DNA of 64,000 nt. It comes from a virus. Lineage: Duplodnaviria; Caudoviricetes. The position numbers were made by a program, and so were the translations under genes. The notes under the pieces are model-generated. The model was given only the letters and a program-made list of their open reading frames with translations. It had not been told where the DNA came from and did no database searches. The stretch is from positions 96,001 to 160,000 of the IMG/VR virus record IMGVR_UViG_3300011560_000001. One strand, written 5' to 3'. Positions 1 to 10,607 of the stretch are shown here, piece by piece (position 1 is the stretch's first letter; the number at the start of each line of letters is the position of its first letter).

Positions 1-300
1 CTCAATTCGTATATTACCCGACATATGCGTGATGTGAAGAAACGACATCCTGATAAAACGAATAAAGACATTTCCAGTATTCGGGGAAACGTCATTAAGG
101 AGTTGAATCGGGGATCGATGCCGTTCCGTAACTTCATGAATAAACTACGCTTAATCCGTGCAAGGGAAGTCACGTTTACGATTTCCATCACAGATAGCGT
201 AGGATATACAACCACGCATACGAAACGGTATTTTGATGCAACAATTCCTGTTGACGATCCAGATGCTGAATCATTAGGTTCAGAAAACGAAGAAGTTTAA
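1..300 (+). CDS. Hypothetical phage protein, probably 5'-truncated by the window edge
   Basis: Frame 1 is open from base 1 to TAA at 298-300; followed by a hairpin at 316-343. Confidence 0.5.
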   Translation, partial: LNSYITRHMRDVKKRHPDKTNKDISSIRGNVIKELNRGSMPFRNFMNKLRLIRAREVTFTISITDSVGYTTTHTKRYFDATIPVDDPDAESLGSENEEV

Positions 301-315
301 CATCGATGTTGATCT

Positions 316-352
316 TAGCCTACCCACCATTGTGTGGGTAGGCTTTATGCCG
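316..352 (+). terminator. GC-rich hairpin followed by TTTATGCCG (terminator and/or late-promoter module)
   Basis: agcctaccca-ccattgtg-tgggtaggct inverted repeat, then ttatgccg and a T-rich stretch. Confidence 0.65.
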
Positions 353-382
353 TATTTCTTTTTTCTTTTTCAGGAGGACGTG

Positions 383-1450
383 ATGAGTCTTTACGACAAA
401 CTGCCGAGTATAGATACGTCCAAGATCAAAACCATCACCAGCGATTTTTCGACAGGGCGTGATACGCTCCTTAAAGCGGTTAGCGGTACCGCTGTTTCGG
501 CGGCGGATGCGTTAACCAGTTTTCGCAGCAGTATTACGAACAGTATCAATAGTACATTATCGGCGTTAACAGGAAACCTGATTTCCATAAGCGATCTTAA
601 TTCTTTCATCGATATCAGCGGAGGCAAAATCTCCCTGAATGAAAACGCGTTGATGAATAAGATCAAAGATGTTACTGGCCTGAATATATCGTCGACCGAT
701 AACATCCTATCGCAAGTAAAAGACCAGATTTACAGCACCATTAACCAACAATCCAATGGTGCGTTAGGGAAGCTTATCGATAAAGATGGAAACGTTAAGC
801 TTCTCGATAGTCTGATGTCGGGCGATGAGTATTATAAACTGTCGACGATTGTTGATCGGTATCTCGACGATCAAGGGAAAACGCGAACCGAATTCAGCTA
901 CAACGACTATAAGACGAACCGGACGGTTGTCACGTCGTTGATTCGTCAAGCTGCATTAGCGGGTAACTATATCGATGTACGTAGCCTGTATGACTCTGGG
1001 TCAGCGGAGGATAAAGTAGCGATGGCAACCACCTTAGCGGAATCGTTAAGTAGCGTTGGTCTCAACGGCGATTTTCGTACGGCTGCTGTTATCACCGAAC
1101 TCATTACGGCTGAACGTGCCCGCAGTGTTGTCCCTGAACTCATTACGTTGTTGTTTCGTAACTACCGTATCCCATCGTACATTACCCTTAAAGAATACGA
1201 CGCTGAAGCCTCGCGTTTAATTGATTTTGCTGATGCGTTTAAACCTGGATGGGGTAAAACGAACTATCACGGTAACGATGCAGAACTCCTCACGATGTGG
1301 ATGGAAACATCCAGTGGGTTCTATTCTCTTTTCTCCCGCAGTAGGAAATACGCATCTCTTGCTGCGATAGGTAAGAATTATACAACTACCACCACGATGG
1401 CAGGCTTGAAGAAACTTTATCCTGATTTACCGACGGTGTCGTTAGGTTAA
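383..1450 (+). CDS. Putative virion structural protein
   Basis: ORF with SD aggagg ahead of ATG 383; Ser/Thr-rich N-terminus; lies beside the tail module. Confidence 0.55.
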   Translation: MSLYDKLPSIDTSKIKTITSDFSTGRDTLLKAVSGTAVSAADALTSFRSSITNSINSTLSALTGNLISISDLNSFIDISGGKISLNENALMNKIKDVTGLNISSTDNILSQVKDQIYSTINQQSNGALGKLIDKDGNVKLLDSLMSGDEYYKLSTIVDRYLDDQGKTRTEFSYNDYKTNRTVVTSLIRQAALAGNYIDVRSLYDSGSAEDKVAMATTLAESLSSVGLNGDFRTAAVITELITAERARSVVPELITLLFRNYRIPSYITLKEYDAEASRLIDFADAFKPGWGKTNYHGNDAELLTMWMETSSGFYSLFSRSRKYASLAAIGKNYTTTTTMAGLKKLYPDLPTVSLG

Positions 1451-1497
1451 CATAATCCCTCTCCCAACCCAACAGGGAAGGGAGAGGGGGTTTATGC
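1451..1497. terminator. Bidirectional hairpin between convergent genes
   Basis: cataa-tccctctccc...gggagagggg-gtttatg imperfect inverted repeat between the stops at 1450 and 1506. Confidence 0.65.
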
Positions 1498-1505
1498 AGT
1501 GAATA

Positions 1506-3647
1506 TCAGAACGGTCGTTCTGTACGTTTCCATAACAGCCCTGATGCTATCCTGCCAGGCATGGTGTCAGACAACCAGCTAGCAAAATTACCTTTGCTCC
1601 AGAAACTATCGATATCGGCCATGGTTTTATGCATGCGGCGACTTAAATCAGGAATCATGTAAACTTGTTCCGTAAGCGTCAGTGCCGATAATACAGCAAG
1701 ATAGTTGTTGAGCGGCGTATCGTCAGCAAGAAGATCGCTTAAGAAGCCACGAGGATCCAGTTTTGCGATCGATGCGGCTGTCGTTGTGATCGGCATGGCG
1801 ACGATGGACGACAGGTCATAAACACTGAAGCTGACGTCGATACCCAACGGTAAACGCTCGCGTGTTGATGGTACGTTTCCAACATGACGCGTCACGGTGA
1901 TGTTATCGATAAGACCCATTTTAATCTGGACTTTACCTGGAATATAACACTCACACATGAACGGCATCCCGTAGGACGATTTACCGGTAGCCTGAGGTAA
2001 ACCACCTGCAAGGATCGCTAAAAGAGGTACCATGAGGTTCGTAAAGATCGACCAGCGGTCCCCACTCCAGGAACGCAATTCCATCGTCAGATCGGCACGC
2101 GGTAGACTTACTGACGACCCAGAATAGAATTTCGGAATGTCTGCGAAGCCGGAACCCATGAAGGCACCAAAAATACCATCCAGGCCCATCCCGGAAATAG
2201 CGCCATTAACGAGATCGGAACCGGCTTTGATTGCTTCGTCCAGTACAGCCCAACCCGTATTACCACCGGAGAGGGTGAAACGACGTTCGATGTTCGCTTG
2301 CGCGCGGCTATTCATCGTCTGTGCGATAGAACTTTCGGAAGCACTGTTTGAAAACGTTTCGGTTACACTGGTGACAGAATCGACTCGAAAACTGATGAAC
2401 TGAGCACCGTCGGCCAATTCAGCATCCATCAGATCAAGAAACGTAGCTTCTTCGGCTGCGTTCGTTTGCCCGATTCCTTTGCTCTGTACGTTCGCGCCTC
2501 CAGCTGTTGATGCTGCTGTTGAAGCCTGTGTTGTCCCTGACGTCGAATTGCCGACATTGGCTGTTGTGCCCTGACTCTGTGTTGACGTACCACCGTCGGA
2601 GGTAGCCGCCGAGACTTTGAAGTTGGCATCAGCATCCTTGTTGGTGTATGACGCCCTTCCGAATAAAAGGTCGTCCATCGTTTGTTTATTATCACCAGCT
2701 GTCGCACTGTAAACAGCAGACTTCTGTGTGTCGGCGAGATACTGCGTTAGCGTACGGCCGGTTACATCCGATGGAAACGCTCCGCTATCAAGTCGTTTAT
2801 CAAGATCGTTCCAGAACTCCTCGTAAGACGAGTAATCGTTTTCCATCATGGATTGAATACGACGTACCCATGCGTTCTGTATACGCTGACGACGTGTTGC
2901 AATCTGGTAGATATCGATCCCGCCACCTTTCTTATAAATCCCCGGTAGCGTCTTAGAGGCGTAGTTGATGAATTCTTCAACGTTCTGACCACCGATTGAA
3001 TATTGGTGGAGTACGGTACCCCCTTCTTCCACGTAGCCTTTATCTTTACCAGCACCGGCGATAAGACCCATGTTTATCGCTGTTTGGTTTACCAGCGTCT
3101 GGAAAGACGCCCAGTACACGTGCATGGTTGGTACTTGATAGTAATATTGACTGGTAGGCTTACCCAGGAAATATCGACCAATACGTCCAACCATATACAA
3201 GTAAGGTAGTGGTGTGAGGTAAGAAAGAACGGTGGTATACGCTTTGGCTGCGTAATAAAGAATACCGGGATCGCGACCGGTTTTAACCGTTACGGCAACA
3301 TCGGCATCGTAGAAATCAGTAAAGAAGATACTTGCGCCTGTAAAGCGAGGTTTACCGAATCGTAACGTAACGACTTCTTTAAAACTGTTAATGCTTTCAC
3401 TATAGCCCCGACCCATGCCCGTTGATCCCGGCATAACCGCACGTCGGCGTTCTTTGATGTCGGCAAATTTGGTATATTGCGGTGGTGGGTTAAGCACCCA
3501 GTTCCCGCCTAAGGTGGTATCATCGACGTTATCGTAGGAATACGGTGTATGTCTCGCTTTAATCATGTCAGCACTAAGCGTGCTGCTATCGCCCGGTAAT
3601 AAAAACGCCTGTTTGGTGATTAGGGCGTTTTGAACAAGAATACCCAT
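1506..3647 (-). CDS. Virion structural (tail/baseplate-associated) protein, phiKZ gp182-like by position
   Basis: 713-aa ORF directly downstream of the giant tail lysin gene; SD gaggaa; central S/T/G/A low-complexity linker. Confidence 0.55.
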   Translation of the reverse strand: MGILVQNALITKQAFLLPGDSSTLSADMIKARHTPYSYDNVDDTTLGGNWVLNPPPQYTKFADIKERRRAVMPGSTGMGRGYSESINSFKEVVTLRFGKPRFTGASIFFTDFYDADVAVTVKTGRDPGILYYAAKAYTTVLSYLTPLPYLYMVGRIGRYFLGKPTSQYYYQVPTMHVYWASFQTLVNQTAINMGLIAGAGKDKGYVEEGGTVLHQYSIGGQNVEEFINYASKTLPGIYKKGGGIDIYQIATRRQRIQNAWVRRIQSMMENDYSSYEEFWNDLDKRLDSGAFPSDVTGRTLTQYLADTQKSAVYSATAGDNKQTMDDLLFGRASYTNKDADANFKVSAATSDGGTSTQSQGTTANVGNSTSGTTQASTAASTAGGANVQSKGIGQTNAAEEATFLDLMDAELADGAQFISFRVDSVTSVTETFSNSASESSIAQTMNSRAQANIERRFTLSGGNTGWAVLDEAIKAGSDLVNGAISGMGLDGIFGAFMGSGFADIPKFYSGSSVSLPRADLTMELRSWSGDRWSIFTNLMVPLLAILAGGLPQATGKSSYGMPFMCECYIPGKVQIKMGLIDNITVTRHVGNVPSTRERLPLGIDVSFSVYDLSSIVAMPITTTAASIAKLDPRGFLSDLLADDTPLNNYLAVLSALTLTEQVYMIPDLSRRMHKTMADIDSFWSKGNFASWLSDTMPGRIASGLLWKRTERPF

Positions 3648-3664
3648 GTAACATTCCTCAAGAA

Positions 3665-3688
3665 GAGGGCGGGAATCTCCCGCCCTTA
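3665..3688 (-). terminator. Hairpin after the tail lysin gene
   Basis: agggcggga-atc-tcccgccct inverted repeat; minus strand continues into cttctt. Confidence 0.55.
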
Positions 3689-3696
3689 ACTAATGA

Positions 3697-6600
3697 CTAC
3701 TGCGCGTACCTTGTCCGTGTTGGAGAGATTCCTTGCGGACGATTAGGTAGCGACATCGCCTGTTGTTGAGAAGGACTTGCAGAACCCTTACCGATAGAAG
3801 AACCCTTAACGGCTTGGATTAATTCCGAAATAAGTTCATTCGTTCTACCGGTGTTCTTCTCGATGTTCTGCTGCGTGGTCAGCTGCTGTCGGAGAATTTC
3901 ACCTGCGCTACCGTAGAAGTTCTCACTCGCGGCCGATGTTTGTGTCGCAGACTGCGCGACCTGTGCAGGCGTATTCGGAACCGATATCCCTCGATTTGCG
4001 CCAGGGTTTGACGGCAAATCGCTAAGTGCTGGTGTTGATGTCGGTTGTCCTGCCGCAGCTTTCGCTGTTTCGAAACTTCCAGGTGCTGGTGATGCTTCTC
4101 CGGGTGCTGGAGCCGTACCGGCAGCCGCAGACGGTTTAGCTTCAGGGGTGGTAGAAGGTGCCGGGGCTTGCGGATCGTTGCTTACAGTTGGCGTTCCGTT
4201 TGCCTCTTGGGCTGCTTCATTCTTCACCTGCTCGGCGGTAGTCGGTCCTTCAGCTTGATCGCCTGATGTTGATCCCGATAACTCATCCATCATTTTCTTC
4301 AGGGTGCCATTCTTAGCCGCCTGAATCCAATAAGCAGAGCGCTGTTCAACGTCACGTAATCCATTATAGCCACCGTTAACCAGATAACGAACTTGGCGCA
4401 CATCACCCCGTTTCGCAGGATCGCGTAACACATTGCCTCGGTTGAGCCACCACGCGACACTACCTTCCGCCGCACCTTCCGGCGTTTCCAGGTATGATGG
4501 ATCGCTGACAAGATCTTTATTCAAGGTCTTGGACAGACGAGCGTAGTTAGCTTTACCGGTAACCTGAATGAAGCCACGTCCTAAATACTTCGCCCCGTCT
4601 CCTTTCTGCGTGTTCCCTAAGTCTTTACGATTACCGTACACGCGTTCGAACACCGCTTCCGGCCCCATGCTAATCGTCTGCGCTGCATCCTGCACGTCAC
4701 GGAATTTGTAAGGGAAGACCTGTTTAAGACGCTCTGGTGTCTTATAGTTCCCCTCACGTACGTGAGTGTAGTTCCCCGATTCATGTTCGATGTTTGCAAG
4801 GAACATCGCCATTTCCATTGGGTCGGTAATACCGCGTTTCACAGCGGATTTAACAAGCGCACGACGTCCAGCTTCGGGACCTGGTCCCGTTGCAGGTTTC
4901 TGTAAGCCCATGTTAGGCAATCCGGTAAGATCGCCGGTTGACCCCAATCCCGCACTGGAAGTAGCTGAAGCGGTAAAGCTGCTTGCACCGACTTTATTCC
5001 CATTGGGGTTGTAATTCGCTTCGGAGTTACTCATCCCGCCGGTAATGCGAGATTTCTTCTGCCAGACACCGTCTTTCTTCTCGTACCCAGCCTGCTTCAT
5101 CATCAGCTCTTGGATCTTCGATAATTTATCGGTATCCTCTTGCGATGCTTCCGCGTTCTTCTCACGAACCTTCTCTTTATCCGCATATTCTTTTAACAGA
5201 TCGAGCTGACTCTTTGTTGAACTGCTGGTGGTGTTAGCTTCAGTACCGGAGAAACCACAACTATTCCAGGACCATACAGGCTGGAGTGCACCCTTCTCAT
5301 CACGGTATTGCGTTGCGACAAGTGCTTCACCGATTTCCCAACGTTGGCTGTCTTTCAGGTTCTGTACCACGTCAGACAGAAGACCTTGACCGCCCATTTC
5401 GCTAACTTGTTGGTAGTAGGTTAAAAAGACGGGCAGGAAACGGTTATTCATCCAAGCAAACCAGATATCCTGATCCTGCTTGCTGTTAACGTCTCTTCCG
5501 AACTTCGTCGCGAATTTCTTGTAGAGTGTGACAAGATCGCCACCGTATTTAACACCTTTACCTTCAGCGACAACACCGGGTTCTACAGCGTCTTCGAGTT
5601 CCATCAGCACTTTTATCTGGCTTAGCAACGGAACCTTAATACCGTACGCACGAACACGGAGACTGGTGAGTTCATCGATGTACCCGCCAGCAACCCATTT
5701 CCTGCCACGGCGGTCTACGCTTTCAATAACCGCGGTTGCGTCAAGCTTCTGTCGTCCTTTAGCGCCAGCACTGTTGTAACGTTTATCGTTAAAACGTAAC
5801 GACGCTTTCTGACCGCGTAATGCGTTAGGCGCAACAGATTTACGTTGTGTGTCAGACATCCGTGACCAATCAGCAATAGCCTCATCATGAGAGTATTGCT
5901 TAATCTGATTCTGGTACTCTTTCTTGATGGCTTCGAGTTGTTTCAGCATCAAGGTTTTGACGTCTTGACCAGCAATATATCGCGTCGCACCAGAAGAACC
6001 CAACGGGTTAGCTTCGACGTAATACGGACCGTCAGGACTATCGGAAGGCCAGATAAACGCTTCCGACCATTTCACTTTGTTCTCACCGTTTGGATATTTA
6101 TCCATTTCCATGTATTTCTTCTCGTCCGGCATATGCTCTTTCCAGAGTTTGTACGCACGAGCGAAAACAGGAATAAAACGATGCAGATACCAGCGTTTCC
6201 ATTCGTTCATTCGGTCGGAATCTTCCAGAGACAATTCCCAGATTTCGAGAATCTTTTCCGAGTCGGCTTTCGGATCGAATCCGATGGTATCCCCGGTCAT
6301 AACCACGTGGTCGGTGAGGTATGTTTCTGTCGCAAGCAGCTTCTTATTGAAGTCTTTATCGTCCCCTTTTGCACCGTATGCAATAAGACGGAGCTTCTGC
6401 ATCGGGTCTGGCTTCTCGGCGAAATGCTGATAGATCTTCCATCCTGCATAAGCAGCCAATGCACCACCTGCAATAGCAAGCCCAACAGGTGATATAAGGA
6501 ATGCGCCTAATCCCGATAACCCGCCAACAGCGTTCAATGCGGCCCCGCCCGCCATTAACGCACCACGTCCTAACCATCCTGCCGCACTTAGTCCTCCCTT

Positions 6601-9600
6601 GACTAGCGCGCCGGTTCCACTAATGAGACCCTTACCCAACAATCCGGTTAACGATGCTCCGCCGCTTAACACCGCCCCAAGACCACCTAGAATTTTTCCA
6701 AGCGGACTCGCCATGAGTCGTTTACCTAATGCGGTATCGCCAAGCATATCGAAAAGGCTTCCGAGTAATCCTCGTTTCTTCTCCTTTTCTTCTCCTTTAT
6801 TGGAATCTTTGCCGGTGTCATCCTTACCGTTTTCCTTGGCTGCACGTTTACGTTTCAGGTCTTCCAACGATCCTTCTCGAACACCATCGCCATTCCAATC
6901 GCGATAATCCCTATCGCCACCCGGCATACGTTGGTCAAGAAGCTGGTAAATAGCATCGAGACGATCTACCATGCTCGACGTTGTTCCCACCAGTAATGCG
7001 TCAGGTGATTGGAAATTTAATCCCATCCGTCGTAGGCCGTTAACGGTTTTACCTGGAAGGGTTTTAAGGATGTCCTTTGTCTTACGTAACAGCGTTAACG
7101 GTAACGTAAAAGCTTTTACACCGAAGTTGATAAGCTTTTCTTTTAAGCGCCGAATCGCTTTACCGTATTTATCGACAAGTCCTTTCTGCATGTCGGCAAG
7201 CGTAAGTACGACGTTACCTTGTGCATCAACAACATCGCCATCGATGTCTTCAAGATTTTTGATGGTTTGTCCGTCGGAGCGACGGAAATACCCACCCGCT
7301 GCTAACACCATGGATAATAGACGAGGTGTTGATTCTCCCTTGACGTAAACGTCGGGCGTTTTGTCGAGCTGTTTGTAGATCTCAACCGCACCGCGTTTTA
7401 ACATCCGCGGCAGACTTAATACCGTCGTTATTCCATTAAGACCTTCATGCGCCCACGCTTTAAGTCCTGAATTCTCAAAGGCGCGACCAGCGCGAGTGAC
7501 CAACCCTTTCTCGATATCCTCGTTGCTGATTACGATGTTTCCATCCGCATCAACGAGTGGGCCTTTGATATCCTTCATCCGTTTTACGGCTTTTCCTGTC
7601 GCTTCGTCGAAGTATAACCCCTGACGAAGTTTGGCAGCCAGTATGCGTGGTTGGGATTCCCCTTTAACGTAAATGTCAAACGGAACCTGATCAACCTTGG
7701 ATAATGCGCCGAACACAAAACGGTTGAAATCGATAATACGTCTGCCGGAATTTACCAAACTACCTAGTGTACGTTCTGCACCCCAGCGTGCACCTTTAAC
7801 ACCCAACCGTGCGGTATTTTTAATTCCTTTCCAGAGGAGATTACGGCCGCCTTTAAAGAGGTTACGTCCGCCGAGTTTTTGTTTGGCGCGATCGATAAAT
7901 GAAATAGGTGCTGCGCCTTCAGGCACGTCTTCACCATCCAGCGAAACGTTATTAGACCAGTCTTTCTCAGAAATGGCTTTCAGCAACGTAAGCATTTCGA
8001 CACGTTGTTCGGATGCTTCAGACAACGCCTCGAGATAAAGCTCTTGCCACGCTCGATTCTGTTCTTCAAGCGATGTGGTGATAACACCCGTGTCGTTCCA
8101 CCATTTATCGTAGCCGATGTTTTCATCAATGGTTACTGTTCCAGCAGCCTGACGATCGATGTTTGGCAGACCAGAATTTTGGACGTCAACAGTTGATGGT
8201 TTTGCGTCACGATAACCCAGCGCCAGCGCTCTTGTTTCCTGAGAGGTTAATCGCGTATTGACATCATTACGTTCAGCGTACTCTGGTCGGTCGATGTATT
8301 GATCGATTTCAGAGAAATATCGATCGTGATTAACCGAGTAGCTCCCGTCGCTATTTCTCGTTACAATCCCGATCCGTTCCAGATATTGGACATCACCAGT
8401 ACGTTTCAGCAGGTTAAGGTTACGCTGGATATCCGGTTGTAAAGATTTCAGATTACCGTAACGAAGATCGGCTCGGTTACGTTCCGTGTAATATTGCCCG
8501 CGGTTTCCAATGACCTGATGACGTTCGCCCTTATCGTTGACGTCATCACGAATACCATAACGGTCACGAAAGTACGTGGAAAGTTCCTTAATAGCGTCGC
8601 GGTCAATGCTACGATCGAAGTTGCTTTCATCCGTAAAACGAGCCGGGTCGAATGCGATGTTCGCGTCGCTATCTCGTGCCAACTGCTTGGCCAGTGCCTT
8701 CCTGGCTTTTTCCGATAATTGCTTATCGGGATCGATGACCGAGATAACCTCGTTGAAACGGCTTGCGTAATAACCAAATGAACGTTTGTTAAACAGCGTG
8801 TCGTTGACGCTTTGCTCGCGCGTGCGCTGAGACACGAATTGCCCGCTGATGCCGTCATAGATCTCGTAGTCAGGATCGCTGTTTCCGGTGCGGATACCCT
8901 CACTGCTTTTCAGAATGCGTGCAAGAAAGCCTGGAATAACCTCGTTGATGCTGCGGTAGGTTAAACCGTCGAAAGACGTTTGCTCCGCCAATGTTTCAGC
9001 GGTGTCGTTCATCACGCGGAAGTTACGTCCGCTGTCCATGTTGAACGCCCAACGCCCCGCACCGCGTAACAATTGCTTGTAAAACGGATCGTTAAGATTG
9101 AATTCGTTTTTACGAATATCTTCCTGGAGCAGTTTACCGATATTGCGCGTTGTGTAAGCGGCTGCCTCACCACCTTGATCCACGGCTTTTAACGCACCGG
9201 CGAATTTAGCATTGGGATGACGTTTTGCTAAATCACGTAACGCCATCCTGCCTTTATTAGCCATCCATGGTGCGACAGTTGAGCCAATGAACTGACCCAA
9301 CATCTTTCCTTGCATTTCCTTAATATCGCCTTCTGACCCCATACCGTCCATCATGGACATCGAGTCGCGTGCTTCGTTTAAACCGTATAAAGCATCGTTT
9401 GCACCGGACACGACACCTTTTAAAGCGCCTAATGCGTTGGTGGCAAGGTTCTTCTTAACATCGGCAAAGAAACGGTTCTCGAAAGAACTCATCGCATCTA
9501 ACGCATTACCAAAGAAACGTTGGTATGCACTACGACGGAATTCTTCCGACATTTTTGCTTTAGCTGCATCAGGTAAAGCCGTATTCTTCTGGATGTTTTG

Positions 9601-10362
9601 TAATAAACCGATATAGACTTCGGCTAACTTTTTATGCTGGTCGAAACTTGCGCGTTGAATAGCTAAGGAACGATATTTCAGTTCCAGGCTTTTACGCATA
9701 TAGCGCGCAGCAAATTCGTTGTTGAAACCAACCATCTTGGCGACGCCTTCTTGCATCGCACTCATTTGTTTGTTGGTTACAGCGTACCGTTTGTCGGCGA
9801 TATCGTCACGGATACTTTCTTTTGCTTGCTGTTCAGCAAACTGATCCGCGCTTTGGTTTGCTGATTCGCCTAATGCCTCGGCAACCTTGCGGGCGATCTC
9901 ATCGTCCCCCGCGTTCGCCATGCGCTGACGAAGGGTTTCTTCAGCTTGTTTACGTTCGTCTTCTTCCTTGGCTTCTCGCTCCCATTGCTCAAGAATTTTC
10001 TTCGAGAAATCGGGCATGCTCGCACGGTATTTCTTGGTCAGTTGTGCGGCTAACCGTTTTGAGCTTTGGACCTTAGGAAGAACGTCACGAACGGCTTCAT
10101 TGTATAGTTCCTTCGTGGATCCGACGGCGGAATCGATAAGATCCATACCGTCGCTGTAGCCCTTAGGCAATGCGTTTCTGGCGATCTCCTTCATTCTTTC
10201 GTAGGAAGTAAGATCCTCAGCAGCACCTTTAACCGCACCTACCGCAAAGCGTGTTATCGGTTTACGATCGTCTTTGGGTTCGTTAAAATCGAGATCCAGG
10301 GAGAAGTCATCATCCCAGTTATCCCAATTATCATCACCCTCAACACGGGTTTTATCTACCAT
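3697..10362 (-). CDS. Giant tail-associated protein (phiKZ gp181-like) with C-terminal GH19-family (chitinase/lysozyme-like) peptidoglycan hydrolase domain
   Basis: ~2220 aa; GH19 motifs FLANIEHESG, YLGRGFIQVTGKANY, VAWW, VNGGYNGL; Gly/Ala/Leu hydrophobic stretch; start moved to ATG 10362 because SD ggagg sits 5 nt upstream. Confidence 0.85.
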   Translation of the reverse strand: MVDKTRVEGDDNWDNWDDDFSLDLDFNEPKDDRKPITRFAVGAVKGAAEDLTSYERMKEIARNALPKGYSDGMDLIDSAVGSTKELYNEAVRDVLPKVQSSKRLAAQLTKKYRASMPDFSKKILEQWEREAKEEDERKQAEETLRQRMANAGDDEIARKVAEALGESANQSADQFAEQQAKESIRDDIADKRYAVTNKQMSAMQEGVAKMVGFNNEFAARYMRKSLELKYRSLAIQRASFDQHKKLAEVYIGLLQNIQKNTALPDAAKAKMSEEFRRSAYQRFFGNALDAMSSFENRFFADVKKNLATNALGALKGVVSGANDALYGLNEARDSMSMMDGMGSEGDIKEMQGKMLGQFIGSTVAPWMANKGRMALRDLAKRHPNAKFAGALKAVDQGGEAAAYTTRNIGKLLQEDIRKNEFNLNDPFYKQLLRGAGRWAFNMDSGRNFRVMNDTAETLAEQTSFDGLTYRSINEVIPGFLARILKSSEGIRTGNSDPDYEIYDGISGQFVSQRTREQSVNDTLFNKRSFGYYASRFNEVISVIDPDKQLSEKARKALAKQLARDSDANIAFDPARFTDESNFDRSIDRDAIKELSTYFRDRYGIRDDVNDKGERHQVIGNRGQYYTERNRADLRYGNLKSLQPDIQRNLNLLKRTGDVQYLERIGIVTRNSDGSYSVNHDRYFSEIDQYIDRPEYAERNDVNTRLTSQETRALALGYRDAKPSTVDVQNSGLPNIDRQAAGTVTIDENIGYDKWWNDTGVITTSLEEQNRAWQELYLEALSEASEQRVEMLTLLKAISEKDWSNNVSLDGEDVPEGAAPISFIDRAKQKLGGRNLFKGGRNLLWKGIKNTARLGVKGARWGAERTLGSLVNSGRRIIDFNRFVFGALSKVDQVPFDIYVKGESQPRILAAKLRQGLYFDEATGKAVKRMKDIKGPLVDADGNIVISNEDIEKGLVTRAGRAFENSGLKAWAHEGLNGITTVLSLPRMLKRGAVEIYKQLDKTPDVYVKGESTPRLLSMVLAAGGYFRRSDGQTIKNLEDIDGDVVDAQGNVVLTLADMQKGLVDKYGKAIRRLKEKLINFGVKAFTLPLTLLRKTKDILKTLPGKTVNGLRRMGLNFQSPDALLVGTTSSMVDRLDAIYQLLDQRMPGGDRDYRDWNGDGVREGSLEDLKRKRAAKENGKDDTGKDSNKGEEKEKKRGLLGSLFDMLGDTALGKRLMASPLGKILGGLGAVLSGGASLTGLLGKGLISGTGALVKGGLSAAGWLGRGALMAGGAALNAVGGLSGLGAFLISPVGLAIAGGALAAYAGWKIYQHFAEKPDPMQKLRLIAYGAKGDDKDFNKKLLATETYLTDHVVMTGDTIGFDPKADSEKILEIWELSLEDSDRMNEWKRWYLHRFIPVFARAYKLWKEHMPDEKKYMEMDKYPNGENKVKWSEAFIWPSDSPDGPYYVEANPLGSSGATRYIAGQDVKTLMLKQLEAIKKEYQNQIKQYSHDEAIADWSRMSDTQRKSVAPNALRGQKASLRFNDKRYNSAGAKGRQKLDATAVIESVDRRGRKWVAGGYIDELTSLRVRAYGIKVPLLSQIKVLMELEDAVEPGVVAEGKGVKYGGDLVTLYKKFATKFGRDVNSKQDQDIWFAWMNNRFLPVFLTYYQQVSEMGGQGLLSDVVQNLKDSQRWEIGEALVATQYRDEKGALQPVWSWNSCGFSGTEANTTSSSTKSQLDLLKEYADKEKVREKNAEASQEDTDKLSKIQELMMKQAGYEKKDGVWQKKSRITGGMSNSEANYNPNGNKVGASSFTASATSSAGLGSTGDLTGLPNMGLQKPATGPGPEAGRRALVKSAVKRGITDPMEMAMFLANIEHESGNYTHVREGNYKTPERLKQVFPYKFRDVQDAAQTISMGPEAVFERVYGNRKDLGNTQKGDGAKYLGRGFIQVTGKANYARLSKTLNKDLVSDPSYLETPEGAAEGSVAWWLNRGNVLRDPAKRGDVRQVRYLVNGGYNGLRDVEQRSAYWIQAAKNGTLKKMMDELSGSTSGDQAEGPTTAEQVKNEAAQEANGTPTVSNDPQAPAPSTTPEAKPSAAAGTAPAPGEASPAPGSFETAKAAAGQPTSTPALSDLPSNPGANRGISVPNTPAQVAQSATQTSAASENFYGSAGEILRQQLTTQQNIEKNTGRTNELISELIQAVKGSSIGKGSASPSQQQAMSLPNRPQGISPTRTRYAQ

Positions 10363-10607
10363 GTATACCTCCAGTTCGATACGTTCCCATGTTACGTTGG
10401 AACGTGATGCACGAAGTTTACCTTCGGCATTGATAATGTTGAAGCGTAACTTCACACATCGCCCACCTGATAAAATCAGGCAGGTACGTAACCTAATAAC
10501 TTCCTCGCCTCAAGCAAGGAAGCGATGGGTGACGCCATCACCCATTACGTCTCTCGTGTGTTCAGATGATACCGCCGCAGCCGGTGGTGGTAAAGAGGAG
10601 TGTCTCC

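Noticed and set aside
10-17. TATATTAC as a promoter
   Set aside because: Lies in a frame open from base 1 and lacks the CTnnnTGA extension
10363-10455. N-terminal extension of the tail lysin from GTG 10455
   Set aside because: A strong SD precedes ATG 10362 and the extension coincides with hairpins
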